DNA from: a virus
Lineage: Duplodnaviria; Caudoviricetes
IMG/VR virus record: IMGVR_UViG_3300028888_000119
Span: 8,732-72,731 of that record
Length of the DNA: 64,000 nt
Strand: one strand, 5' to 3'
Positions 1 to 9,227 of this stretch are shown in pieces (within the stretch, counting starts at the first letter, position 1; each line of letters begins with the position of its first letter). The position numbers and the translations under genes are program-made. The notes below the pieces were generated by a model. The model ran no database searches and had not been told where the DNA came from. It saw only the letters and a program-made list of their open reading frames with translations.

Positions 1-399
1 CGCTTCTTTGGCTGATGTCTGCGATTTAAACGCCTCGAAAGCGTCCTGAACCGGCTTAACTGCAGCGGCGACTGCGTCAGCAATAATCTTGGCGATGTCC
101 TGCTTCTGCGGGTCGGGGTCTTGGTTAGGATCCGGGTCTGGATCTTTTTCGGGATGTTTTGCCTTGTAGTCGTCGTGTTCGCGCTGCAGGTCGGTTCTCT
201 TTTGAATCTCCCCGTCGCGCATCCTCTGCAACTCCTTGGCGATTAAGTCCATCGTTGCGACATCTGAAATGCTCGCCTCAATGTCCTCCTCTTTGGTGAC
301 TGTCTCTTCTTTTGCTGAGGCGATCCGGTCCCAAGCCTCGTTGCTCAATCCAAAGTGTTTAAACTTCGTCTTGAGCGCTTCTGCAATTTTCTTTTTCAT
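1..399 (-). CDS. putative head scaffold protein (partial, runs off left edge)
   Basis: Translated by hand, not in ORF track: ATG at 399, MKKKIAEALKTKFKHFGLSNEAWDRIA... with a DPDPDPNQDPDPQ linker and helical tail; directly downstream of portal. Confidence 0.65.
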   Translation of the reverse strand, partial: MKKKIAEALKTKFKHFGLSNEAWDRIASAKEETVTKEEDIEASISDVATMDLIAKELQRMRDGEIQKRTDLQREHDDYKAKHPEKDPDPDPNQDPDPQKQDIAKIIADAVAAAVKPVQDAFEAFKSQTSAKEA

Positions 400-430
400 A
401 TATATATCGGTTAGAATTTAATTCTTGCCA

Positions 431-460
431 CAAAAATAACAAAAAAGTTTTATTTACAAA
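431..460 (-). promoter_or_regulatory. Bacteroidota-type sigma-A promoter for scaffold/head genes
   Basis: TATTTTTG at 438-431 with TTTG at 460-457, 18 nt spacer; matches the TAnnTTTG / TTTG consensus. Confidence 0.65.
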
Positions 461-495
461 AGGGCGGCATAAAATTAGCAAATAATACAACCCAT

Positions 496-2082
496 TTATT
501 TACCCAATGGCTGATTTTCTGCTTGGTTCGTTACATTTGGAATGTCCGGATTATTCTCTTCCTCCTTCTCCTTGTATTTTGCGTCAAGCGCTAGCTGCTC
601 TTCCTTCTCCTTCATAATCTGCTCAGCATCGCCAATATGGCTGTTGCCGATATCGGACATCGTTGCCTTGCGAGATTTGACACCCGCGTAATACTGGTCA
701 AGCTCCATCTTTATGCGTTCGGATTCGTTCTGTGGAATCCAGATATTCTGCCCGCAGGATATACGAAGGTCTCCGTACCTTGCTATGTCACCTTCCGCCT
801 TCCCAACAAGCCTTTTAAATACCTCAACGAGCTGACGCACCGGCTTTGCATAGAATTTCCATCTATTTTTGCACCACTGAATATCCGGGGCAAACATGAT
901 CTTGATTGTAGTGCTACTATCTGCACCCTGGCGGATATCTACCGGTTCAACAAGGGCGGAGAGAGAGCCACGGAGAATGTTGTTCCACAGCGTATCTAGA
1001 TTTATCTTTGCAATGTTCGAAGAGTCCGGTGGCGCCAAGAACTTTGCGTCTGCATGTGCAATACTCTCTGTTGTACCCTTAACACCAATAGTTTTTCCGT
1101 TTACCGATGATGGGGGCAGGTTTACAATTTTCTCAGACTTCAAGAATAGAATCGGGAATGCGTCGTTTTTGACCTCTTCCGCAATAAAACTATGCGCCTT
1201 CTCAAACTTTTCTATGCAGTCCTGAACAGGGCCGGTGGCAATATCCGGTACGCGAAAATATATAATTTGGAGCATGTCGTTACCGATTTGAGATGCCTTC
1301 CTAGATATCCTCGTATAACCGTCCTCGCTCACCTCTCGCATTCCGGCACCACCTTTAATTATTCTGAAGACACGGTCAATCCACGCACGACCATCGTCCT
1401 CTTCTGTGTCTACTTTAACCCATGTCTCCTTGTAATTTACCGTGAAGATATCCACGGCCGGTTTTCCGTTTAAAGTGTACGAACGATAAAGCACCGGATT
1501 CCCATTGTCATCGACGCCGGGATAGAGCGTGTCTCCCTTTTCGTATGCAAACACCTCATAATTGAGGCCGGTTCCATCATACCACCAGTATAGGGCTGAA
1601 TCGCATTCTCTTTCGCAATATGACACGGCCTCGCACCACGCATCCCAAAAACCAGCATAATCCATCCAGGATTCAATTTTCTGGAAAGCCTCGTCGTCCT
1701 TTGATTCACTGGCAACCCAAAAGTTATCACCCGTAAGATGAGCGATCTTCTTCCCGACTATAAATTCTTGGATGGCGAGAGCGACAGTCTCCACATCGTC
1801 AAATCCGTCAAGCACCCATTTTTTCTTTCCGGTTTTCGGGTCGACCTCATCGGACTGCCTGTAAATCGGACGCTGGCTTATGAATTTTGAATTAATCTCG
1901 TGCGCAGCAGAATTAATCTCGTTTAGGAACTGATCTTGTGTCAAATTGACATAACCAACGCCGAAACCTCCCGTCTTCGGCTGTCTGTATCCAATCGAAC
2001 TCCCCGCTGGATACATCTTTGCGTTATCCGGTGTTACCCGTCTAACCCAATAATCTTTCTTTAAATGCTCACTAATGTTCAT
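496..2082 (-). CDS. phage portal protein (SPP1 gp6-like)
   Basis: 528 aa between terminase and scaffold; C-terminal WIPQNESE motif and acidic tail typical of SPP1-like portals. Confidence 0.75.
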   Translation of the reverse strand: MNISEHLKKDYWVRRVTPDNAKMYPAGSSIGYRQPKTGGFGVGYVNLTQDQFLNEINSAAHEINSKFISQRPIYRQSDEVDPKTGKKKWVLDGFDDVETVALAIQEFIVGKKIAHLTGDNFWVASESKDDEAFQKIESWMDYAGFWDAWCEAVSYCERECDSALYWWYDGTGLNYEVFAYEKGDTLYPGVDDNGNPVLYRSYTLNGKPAVDIFTVNYKETWVKVDTEEDDGRAWIDRVFRIIKGGAGMREVSEDGYTRISRKASQIGNDMLQIIYFRVPDIATGPVQDCIEKFEKAHSFIAEEVKNDAFPILFLKSEKIVNLPPSSVNGKTIGVKGTTESIAHADAKFLAPPDSSNIAKINLDTLWNNILRGSLSALVEPVDIRQGADSSTTIKIMFAPDIQWCKNRWKFYAKPVRQLVEVFKRLVGKAEGDIARYGDLRISCGQNIWIPQNESERIKMELDQYYAGVKSRKATMSDIGNSHIGDAEQIMKEKEEQLALDAKYKEKEEENNPDIPNVTNQAENQPLGK

Positions 2083-2104
2083 AGGTCAAATCGCGATTTT
2101 TATA

Positions 2105-3850
2105 TTATACCCAAACTACAGACCTAGCGCGTCCGCTACTGTAGTCATTATACAAATCATCATATGCGTCATCCTCAATATTTGGTGCCGCCTTTTTCTT
2201 CGGTCTAGCATCGAGATCCCAAATCATACGAAGATACATGGTGTCGATAATGTTGGGTGATGAGTGAAACTTTGCCCGATACTCGTCCTTGCTTCTATAA
2301 TAAATGCGCTTGTTCTTCTGCAAGGTACGAAATGTATTCGACTCGTCGTATAATACATCTATCAACTGCCGTGTCTCGCCCTTCTTCCCATATGGAATTC
2401 GCATATATAAATCAATCGTGGCAGATATTTTTCCGGTCTTCAAGGCAACCTCAAGTTTGCTCATTAATTGAGACCTAAGATTAAAATACTGCTCGAAAAC
2501 AACTTGGTTTCCCTGTTCGTCGTACTCTTGCATCGCTGTTTTATTGGCCGTAACAGGCCACCCCGACGTATATGCTTTAAGATAATTACCAAGGCCCGTA
2601 GCATCAAAAGCGAAATTTTCCTTCGGGATACCATATTTCCCAAGCATCTGCCATATCCAATCAACCAGCTGCTTCGGATCGCCGCGGAAAAACTCTATGC
2701 CGACGATTGTATGCCCCTTCCAAGCGATAAACGGGTTGTCGTCGGAATCAACATTACCACCGGAGACATCCATCGTCCCATACATCGTCTCATCATCATC
2801 GTACGGATTTGTTGCGATGTCTCTAATCATCTGCTTTGTCACATTTACCTCTTCATTTTCTATCGGACCAAAATACGCCTCGGCCAAAACGGACCGTTGT
2901 TCGCCGCCCACATTATGAAGGTTTGCAATAGACTGTCCCTTGGTGGCGGCGACAAGTTTTCGGTTGCCAGCGGCAGTACCGGTTAGAAGGGTAAAGGATT
3001 TCACCATATCTTCCGCTGTCATCCCTGCCGCAATATCGTCCTTGTTGAGCTTGATGTTCGCAGATTTGACGACCTCTTCTTTTGTGTCTCCCCATACGAC
3101 GGATTGTGGAGTGTTACCTTGGATGTAGAAAAATCGTTCCCTTCCCTCCATTTCCTTTCGAATATACCAAGTCTCCGGGTCAATATAACCGCCGCATAAA
3201 AGAAACTCCGTCGTCCAATGTTCGTGGTCCGGGTTGAATGTGAGCAACATTTGCGGGGTAATACCAGACGAGTCCCTATTACGAGAAAAGATGTAAGTAA
3301 ACATCTTGAATTGCCTAATAGCCGTCGCCTCGTCGATGCCGATAAAACTCGCCTGCTGTTTTTTGATATATTCCACGAAGTCAGCCCATTCTCCCGGGTT
3401 ATCCGCATTGAAGTTCGCATGTATCATCTGGATGGCATTATTCCATTTCGGCCAAGCAAATGTCGGCAACTCCCCGGTAGTAACTTCACAATTTGAAAAT
3501 TGGCCCCAAACCAAAGAGGCATCTCTGAACATGGATGTACCCTTCGCAGAATCCAGTTTCCTAACATTGATTAGACGACCAGTATAATTAGGCACACCGA
3601 TTCCTTGCAATCCCTGCAAAAAGATGCCAAAACTTTTTCCGCTCGTCGCCATGCCACATGCGAAAATCAAGTTTGACTCGCAGACACAAATCGCTTCCTG
3701 CATTCCCTCTTGTGGGATCAAGTCGATACCATCCCGTAGAACATAATCTCCAACCTTATCCCACCCTTTATCCTTTATTGTGGGAAGCTTCCTCTCTACA
3801 TGATCGTAGAGTGGTGGAAATTTTGCATCTTTATTGACGAGTCTAAACAT
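2105..3850 (-). CDS. terL: terminase large subunit
   Basis: Walker A-like GMATSGKS, Walker B IGIDEAT, coupling motif LTFNP, nuclease-domain GTMDVSG and AFDATGLG. Start set at 3850 because the ATG at 3859 lies inside the promoter box. Confidence 0.9.
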   Translation of the reverse strand: MFRLVNKDAKFPPLYDHVERKLPTIKDKGWDKVGDYVLRDGIDLIPQEGMQEAICVCESNLIFACGMATSGKSFGIFLQGLQGIGVPNYTGRLINVRKLDSAKGTSMFRDASLVWGQFSNCEVTTGELPTFAWPKWNNAIQMIHANFNADNPGEWADFVEYIKKQQASFIGIDEATAIRQFKMFTYIFSRNRDSSGITPQMLLTFNPDHEHWTTEFLLCGGYIDPETWYIRKEMEGRERFFYIQGNTPQSVVWGDTKEEVVKSANIKLNKDDIAAGMTAEDMVKSFTLLTGTAAGNRKLVAATKGQSIANLHNVGGEQRSVLAEAYFGPIENEEVNVTKQMIRDIATNPYDDDETMYGTMDVSGGNVDSDDNPFIAWKGHTIVGIEFFRGDPKQLVDWIWQMLGKYGIPKENFAFDATGLGNYLKAYTSGWPVTANKTAMQEYDEQGNQVVFEQYFNLRSQLMSKLEVALKTGKISATIDLYMRIPYGKKGETRQLIDVLYDESNTFRTLQKNKRIYYRSKDEYRAKFHSSPNIIDTMYLRMIWDLDARPKKKAAPNIEDDAYDDLYNDYSSGRARSVVWV

Positions 3851-3856
3851 ATGTCG

Positions 3857-3888
3857 CAAAGTTAAGAAAACTTTGTAATTAATTCAAA
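3857..3888 (-). promoter_or_regulatory. promoter for terL
   Basis: TAACTTTG at 3864-3857, TTTG at 3888-3885, 20 nt spacer. Confidence 0.75.
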
Positions 3889-3889
3889 G

Positions 3890-3922
3890 AAAAATCGGGG
3901 CGCACCTCACGACGAGCCCCGA
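3890..3922 (-). terminator. intrinsic terminator after the DUF3127-like gene
   Basis: TCGGGGC / GCCCCGA 7-bp stem followed by TTTTT on the minus strand. Confidence 0.7.
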
Positions 3923-3982
3923 CTGAACGTAACAACACACATGTTTACTAACCATACACCTCGCAAAGATAATCAATTTTTA

Positions 3983-4276
3983 TCAAAATGGAGCATTAGT
4001 ATTTTGAGATTGGTCAATATTCCAAGACCAGCAATTCAAATCCATATAATAATTTCCGCCGTTATCACGAACAGATCCGTCAAACTTAAAAGTTCCGAAC
4101 TGTCCTACGCTCAAGCGACCAAAGTCTTCCGCTTTTTTCATGTTTGACATGAGCAACTGGTGTTTAAATTCGCCTTCATTATATTCTACAACAATGAAAG
4201 TCTTTTTCCACGGTCCCCTCGAAGAGACACCGCTTTTTGCCATGGGGGTGGCAATGATTTTCCCGCGAATTTCCAT
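3983..4276 (-). CDS. DUF3127-like OB-fold ssDNA-binding protein
   Basis: MEIRGKIIA...SGVSSRGPWKK...YYMDLNCW pattern and a short PF C-terminal tail, as in Bacteroidota DUF3127. Confidence 0.8.
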   Translation of the reverse strand: MEIRGKIIATPMAKSGVSSRGPWKKTFIVVEYNEGEFKHQLLMSNMKKAEDFGRLSVGQFGTFKFDGSVRDNGGNYYMDLNCWSWNIDQSQNTNAPF

Positions 4277-4287
4277 ATTTCTAATAA

Positions 4288-4848
4288 TTATAAAGCGTCA
4301 TTGTTACTATCAAGTTCCGTGCCATCATTTACTATTTCGCAGTTTTCCTCGACAAATTTTCTATATTCGCAGTTTCCACATCGGACGGGTAAATATCTCC
4401 GGGGCTGTTCTTCTGCTATTTCTTCCTGCTCCAACAAACCAACCTTATCTGCGATTTTCAAGACAGCTTCCGGGTCGTCAGCCTTATCGATATCCTCAGC
4501 TAACCGCATTGCAAATTCGGTTAATTTTGTCTTAGCCTTTGCCTTGCGCTCCTCGATGCTTACCGGACCGGATGTCTGCTTCGGCTGGGCTTGAGGGGTA
4601 AGAAGGTCTTCGATGGTCTTCTTATAAGCATCCAAATATTCCTTCACATCTTTCGTTGCAAAGAATTGAGCAACAGCAGCCTTTACTGCAGTTGCTGCCT
4701 TTGAACCGATAAAATCTGGACGAATAAATTTCAAGAATGCCACCTCTCGCTGGCATCCGGAAAGGACATAATAAGACAAACCGTCCATCTCCTCTTGGAG
4801 GAGGTTAAATTTGCCGGATTTCGGCCTTTGTGGAATCAAAGCACCCAT
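4288..4848 (-). CDS. hypothetical protein, possible terminase small subunit
   Basis: 186 aa, mostly helical, near terL, own promoter; C-terminal RYLPVRCGNC. Function inferred from position only. Confidence 0.4.
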   Translation of the reverse strand: MGALIPQRPKSGKFNLLQEEMDGLSYYVLSGCQREVAFLKFIRPDFIGSKAATAVKAAVAQFFATKDVKEYLDAYKKTIEDLLTPQAQPKQTSGPVSIEERKAKAKTKLTEFAMRLAEDIDKADDPEAVLKIADKVGLLEQEEIAEEQPRRYLPVRCGNCEYRKFVEENCEIVNDGTELDSNNDAL

Positions 4849-4852
4849 AACG

Positions 4853-4882
4853 CAAATATACTACTTTTTCTCGTGATTGCAA
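4853..4882 (-). promoter_or_regulatory. promoter 4 nt upstream of ATG 4848
   Basis: TATATTTG at 4860-4853; TTGC at 4882-4879. Confidence 0.65.
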
Positions 4883-4929
4883 GCAAGAACGTATTTTGAT
4901 GACCCGCCTTTTGTTCTTCTATGGTTTAT

Positions 4930-5358
4930 CTAATCAGTCAAATATTCTTTAATGATGGTTTTGAATTGTTCTAAACTACGGCAGATCTCGTAGCGATAAT
5001 TTTGTGCTTCGACAGCCGCTTGCCAAACCCTCTGCGCCGGCTTCTGTTGGCCGTGCTCATCCTTCATCTCGATGCAAAGTCCGTGGTATCCTCCGCGAGG
5101 GATAAGGCAGATTAGGTCGGCCACTCCCGGCCAGACTCCGAGACTCTTACGGATCGCACCCTGAATTGGATTACTGTCCGCCCGGTCGTTTTCGTTCGGT
5201 ACATGGAACAAAAGGCCACGATACTGCGGGAAAGAATTATGGAACCACTGGAAGCACTCTGCCTGTATCCTCCCCTCTGGAGAAGAGTGATGCCGTTTCT
5301 TTGGCTGTGGCGGAGTTTCAATGATCGGCATGGTCCTGCTCTCGTCTTGTTTCTTCAT
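4930..5358 (-). CDS. VRR-NUC domain nuclease (junction resolvase-like)
   Basis: EGRIQAEC...FHVPNE...GVWPGVADL...LCIEMK...QKPAQRVWQ PD-(D/E)xK pattern. Confidence 0.9.
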   Translation of the reverse strand: MKKQDESRTMPIIETPPQPKKRHHSSPEGRIQAECFQWFHNSFPQYRGLLFHVPNENDRADSNPIQGAIRKSLGVWPGVADLICLIPRGGYHGLCIEMKDEHGQQKPAQRVWQAAVEAQNYRYEICRSLEQFKTIIKEYLTD

Positions 5359-5722
5359 TTAGGTACTTATCAAGGACTTCGTAATCATGTATTCCGAGAA
5401 CAATCCATTTGACAAGTTTTGCGACAAGGCCAGATGATTCAATGTCGCCACCGCCGAAATTGAAAGGACCTATTCCGCAATCATTACAAATATCCCACAG
5501 CCTCGACAGAGACCAAGCGGGAATATCCTCAAAACTTGCGAGTGCTATATGCTCACCCTTGTATAAACTCAATATGCTATATTGCTGACCATCAAGAACC
5601 AATTTCCACCAATCGTGCTTTAGCGGCTGAATTATAGTCCACCACATATCCGCACTCCCGGGGTCAAGTCCTGCTTCCAGCAGGCGCTTGCTCTGCTCGA
5701 TTGTTGTTGCTATCTGGCTCAT
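5318..5722 (-). CDS. hypothetical phage protein
   Basis: QIATTIEQSKRLLEAGLDPGSADM and IPAWSLSRL motifs; overlaps neighbours in the operon. Confidence 0.7.
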   Translation of the reverse strand: MSQIATTIEQSKRLLEAGLDPGSADMWWTIIQPLKHDWWKLVLDGQQYSILSLYKGEHIALASFEDIPAWSLSRLWDICNDCGIGPFNFGGGDIESSGLVAKLVKWIVLGIHDYEVLDKYLNEETRREQDHADH

Positions 5723-5910
5723 TCTGCGTAATGGATATAATCACCTTCCTTAATAAGCTCCCTTATCCTTCTAGAGGGAGAATAATCCTGAAATTCCTCA
5801 TATTCCACAAAATGTGGCGTTTGGATGTCGTGTGGGAAATCATACCCAATCCAGATGCCTCGCTCTGGATCAAGTTTACTAAGTCGTTCAATAAGTTCCT
5901 TTACTTTCAT
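5719..5910 (-). CDS. hypothetical phage protein
   Basis: MKVKELIERLSKLDP start; ATGA-type overlap with the next gene. Confidence 0.7.
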   Translation of the reverse strand: MKVKELIERLSKLDPERGIWIGYDFPHDIQTPHFVEYEEFQDYSPSRRIRELIKEGDYIHYAE

Positions 5911-5913
5911 AAC

Positions 5914-6153
5914 CTATATCCTCTCAAAAAATACTGATTTGCCATCCTTTCGCTCGTTCTTCATACAGGCGAACCTTTCACACAAAGAGGGTTTATGCAC
6001 AAAACGGCAAAAACGGCACTTAGAAAGACCCCTGCGTCTATTATAAACGAATATTGGCGCATCAAGATTCTCTCTGCCGGAAACAGCCGCCGTACATACG
6101 TTTACTCCATAAGTGCTTCCAACGTTAAGAAATTTTCTTTTTACGATTTCCAT
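5914..6153 (-). CDS. hypothetical Cys-containing protein
   Basis: Co-oriented ORF filling the operon; CRFC...CERFAC. Confidence 0.5.
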   Translation of the reverse strand: MEIVKRKFLNVGSTYGVNVCTAAVSGRENLDAPIFVYNRRRGLSKCRFCRFVHKPSLCERFACMKNERKDGKSVFFERI

Positions 6154-6297
6154 AAAATAAAGCTTTTTCTATCTTTTTTCGTATTTCATCCAACTCTTTA
6201 AGGTCATCCTTCTTGTTATAAATTCGCCGTTGCAAACGATTTATCCATTTCAAAAGTAACTTTCTCATAGCCGAACATCCCTTCAAATCCCGTGCCA

Positions 6298-7806
6298 CTA
6301 AAACAGTTTCGGCGAGGAGTCCACGCTCTTTTTGACCTTGACCTTGCTCAGGATTTCCTTCTTAAAGAAAAACCAATACTTTGAACTTATATTGGCGCCA
6401 TGTTTCGTCCTAAGCACTTCAATGGCCCTCATGAATGCATCCTTCTGGTTGTCAGCATTTTTTATACACACATTGACAAGAATCCAGTTATTGCTTTTCC
6501 CTTCCAATTTCTTCCTAGCGACATAGGACTCCAGAGACTCCTCATCATCTTTGGCAACTATCTCCTGAAGTTCCGCGTTATAAACTTCTTGTTGTGTCGG
6601 CCAGTGGTATCCACAAAAAGCGCAATCTTTCCAGGAGACTGGCACAAGCTTATGGCATTGAGGGCACTCTTTAACAGGAGCGGGGCCGCCACCAGCACCC
6701 GTGTTGTGCCAAAGGCTGTATGTCCGGTCGTCCTCATATCGGCCTAAGCGCTCGTGATTCCTACCAAAATCAAGACAAATAAACTCTCCGTTCTTACCTG
6801 GTGCGGGACGACTGCAGCGCCCTAAACTTTGTAAATACTTGACAACAGATGTCGTGGAGTACATAAGCATTACAACCTTGATGCTCGGCACATCCAGCCC
6901 TGCGACTCCGATCCCGAGATTCACAAGAACATCAAACTCGCCATTCTCAAAATCTTTTAGCAACTGCTTCCTGTCGTCGCTTAACTCTGCATCTTCGTCG
7001 AAACTGTTTGACAAGAGGTATTTCGCTTTTATGCCGTGGTTGTTAAACTCTTGCGTAAGCCCGATGCATTGCTCGGAACTGCAAGCGAAGACTATCGCCT
7101 TCTCGCCTGGGCATATCCGCTGGTAGTTCTCCACGGCTCCTACATACCTTGCTTTAGACTTGAATTTTTGCGACATTTGGGACAAGTTATAATCTCCTCG
7201 GCCATAATCCCATTCGACATCATCCATCGATGGGGCATCCAGCGAGTACAGCTTACACCGACAAAGATAGCCCATGTTGATGAGGTCCTTCACACTCGGA
7301 CCAGTAACCATCGCATTGTACTCAAGGCCGGCCTGCTTCATACCTCCATACCTTGCCATTGTTGCCGTATATCCAACAACATAGCACTTGTCGGATATGA
7401 TGTCAAAGAGAAACCCATAATTACAGATATGCGCCTCATCAAGGATTAGCATCTGGACGGACTTGACATAATCCAACCATTCCGGTTTCTCAATCCTTCT
7501 CTGGAGTGTTTGAACCATCCCGACGGCAACAAGTCCGGTCGGAACTTTCCGGTGCTTTGGCGATATGATTTGAGGCTCTACGCCGCATTTTATACACTTT
7601 TCGGCATTCTGCTTCATGATTTCCTCGCGGTGCGCTAAAATCAGCGTTCTTGTGCCTTTCTGAGCCGCTAAAGCCGCAGTATATCCGAGCACTAGCGATT
7701 TCCCGGAGCCCGTCGGCATAATGCAGACAACTCGCCTATATCGGGCCAGCGCAGTCCTGATCTCCGAAACGGCCTGTTCTTGGTATTTTCTTAACTCTAA
7801 TGCCAT
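6298..7806 (-). CDS. superfamily II (DEAD/DEAH-like) helicase with Zn ribbon
   Basis: LRKYQ Q-motif, PTGSGKS, LILDEAH, YTAT, YLQSLGRCSR, CPQC...CAFC. Start moved to 7806 (MALELRKYQ) because the in-frame upstream extension crosses a tRNA-like element. Confidence 0.92.
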   Translation of the reverse strand: MALELRKYQEQAVSEIRTALARYRRVVCIMPTGSGKSLVLGYTAALAAQKGTRTLILAHREEIMKQNAEKCIKCGVEPQIISPKHRKVPTGLVAVGMVQTLQRRIEKPEWLDYVKSVQMLILDEAHICNYGFLFDIISDKCYVVGYTATMARYGGMKQAGLEYNAMVTGPSVKDLINMGYLCRCKLYSLDAPSMDDVEWDYGRGDYNLSQMSQKFKSKARYVGAVENYQRICPGEKAIVFACSSEQCIGLTQEFNNHGIKAKYLLSNSFDEDAELSDDRKQLLKDFENGEFDVLVNLGIGVAGLDVPSIKVVMLMYSTTSVVKYLQSLGRCSRPAPGKNGEFICLDFGRNHERLGRYEDDRTYSLWHNTGAGGGPAPVKECPQCHKLVPVSWKDCAFCGYHWPTQQEVYNAELQEIVAKDDEESLESYVARKKLEGKSNNWILVNVCIKNADNQKDAFMRAIEVLRTKHGANISSKYWFFFKKEILSKVKVKKSVDSSPKLF

Positions 7807-7810
7807 ATTG

Positions 7811-7926
7811 CGGACGGAGCAGGACTCGAACCTGCGACTTCGCCCGGCGCCATCTACCAGCATAGCAATCAACCGCTGCATACTCCAGTAGTGCCTGCGA
7901 CCTCTAACCAGCTGAGGTATCCATCC
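7811..7926 (-). ncRNA. tRNA-like RNA 1 with greatly extended anticodon arm (116 nt, no CCA)
   Basis: Acceptor GGATGGA/TCCGTCC, D arm CCTC-AGCTGGTTA-GAGG, T arm GCAGG-TTCGAGT-CCTGC; about 60 nt instead of about 17 in the anticodon region. Confidence 0.8.
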
Positions 7927-7993
7927 GATACGCCGCCGTTAGTGCACTCCTGGGCTCACGCGGCGGCAATCCTACTACAGCCCATTTTTCGGA

Positions 7994-8572
7994 TTACGGC
8001 ACTGGCCTTTCTTCCTCTTGAGGTTTCAAGCGTTTGATATAGACCTTCACCCGATCTCCGACAGCCCATCTCCCACCATCTCCGCGATAGCCTACGATGT
8101 CCTTCCTGTCTGTAAACACGAACTTCTTGAGGTGTTCCGGTCCGTCAATAGCATCAACAATTTCTCCGATACCGATATTCTCGTATTCCTCTCCTATCGC
8201 TTCCGGAGACTTCTTGAGCGCTTCGATGAACTCGTCGGCATACTCTACGGACTTATCATAGTTATGCACGCCTTCTTTAAAGAAATAGTGCTTAGCCAGC
8301 TCATACCGCCTCGCCTCCCACGGGTCAAAGGAGTTCAGTGTGCTTTCAAGCAAAGACGAACCAAAATCGCCGCCAAAGGGACTATCTACCTTGAAATCCC
8401 ACTCAAGCGTCAGACGCTCCATGATGTGTTCGTTACCATGAGAGTCAATGTAAGACACCCAGTCATTCTCGTTGCGAGCGCCTTTCACGGTAGTCTCCCA
8501 CGCGACAATTTCTACCGGCTCATCCGTCTTACGGAGGCGGTACTTCAAAGAAAATAATGAATTGGTTTCCAT
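7994..8572 (-). CDS. hypothetical phage protein
   Basis: 192 aa; contains WEARRYELAK motif; co-oriented in operon. Confidence 0.7.
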   Translation of the reverse strand: METNSLFSLKYRLRKTDEPVEIVAWETTVKGARNENDWVSYIDSHGNEHIMERLTLEWDFKVDSPFGGDFGSSLLESTLNSFDPWEARRYELAKHYFFKEGVHNYDKSVEYADEFIEALKKSPEAIGEEYENIGIGEIVDAIDGPEHLKKFVFTDRKDIVGYRGDGGRWAVGDRVKVYIKRLKPQEEERPVP

Positions 8573-8574
8573 AG

Positions 8575-8946
8575 TTATTCTACGATGATATATATTCCTT
8601 CTTTGCCATCATTAGACCGCAACTTAGCTGTTTTTATTTCCGCCCAACGGAATCCGAAAATAAAATCAGGGACGGCAATTTTTGTCTCATCCCCGAGGCC
8701 GGCGGCGGCCACGGCCTTCTTGAGGTTACCCCAAGTAGGCTCAATAGTGCCGTCATCGAATAGCGTCTTCGGCTCATGCCAAATCTCGTAGAAGCCATGT
8801 GTAAATTCGTCATCCATAGCCTTGTCGCCATCGTAGAGAGTCACTTTGACAGCGGTCGGAGTTATTGCTGTAACCTTAAATTGCCGGCCTGCAAATGGCC
8901 CTTCCTTCGGCGTCACGCCATACTTAAATAAATCTTCTGTTCTCAT
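8575..8946 (-). CDS. hypothetical protein
   Basis: 123 aa, tightly packed in operon. Confidence 0.65.
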   Translation of the reverse strand: MRTEDLFKYGVTPKEGPFAGRQFKVTAITPTAVKVTLYDGDKAMDDEFTHGFYEIWHEPKTLFDDGTIEPTWGNLKKAVAAAGLGDETKIAVPDFIFGFRWAEIKTAKLRSNDGKEGIYIIVE

Positions 8947-9227
8947 ATTTTCGTTAGTTTAATTAAATGCCAAATTCCATCTATTTTCACACCGCGAGAT
9001 ATCCACAATGACTTGACTGCATCAAGTGGGCATCCCCATTCATTCTTACAATAGCCATCAAGTTCCTCATTATAACTGCCGTCAGAGTTATTCCATGTGG
9101 ATATGAACTGAATCGAACATTCGATCCCATCTGCGGTCATGTATTCTTCTGCGTATCCTCCAGAAAACACCATTCTTGGAACGAGCGCTTTATCCGCGTA
9201 CTTAATTGGAATCTGTACCATATACAA
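8943..9227 (-). CDS. hypothetical protein
   Basis: 94 aa, 4-nt overlap with the next gene. Confidence 0.6.
   Translation of the reverse strand: MYMVQIPIKYADKALVPRMVFSGGYAEEYMTADGIECSIQFISTWNNSDGSYNEELDGYCKNEWGCPLDAVKSLWISRGVKIDGIWHLIKLTKI

Noticed and set aside
7928-7990. HDV-like theta ribozyme next to a tRNA
   Set aside because: The structure lies 5' of the tRNA mimic, and only 4 nt separate the helices where P3/L3 would be needed. The trailers after all three elements lack the nested pseudoknot.
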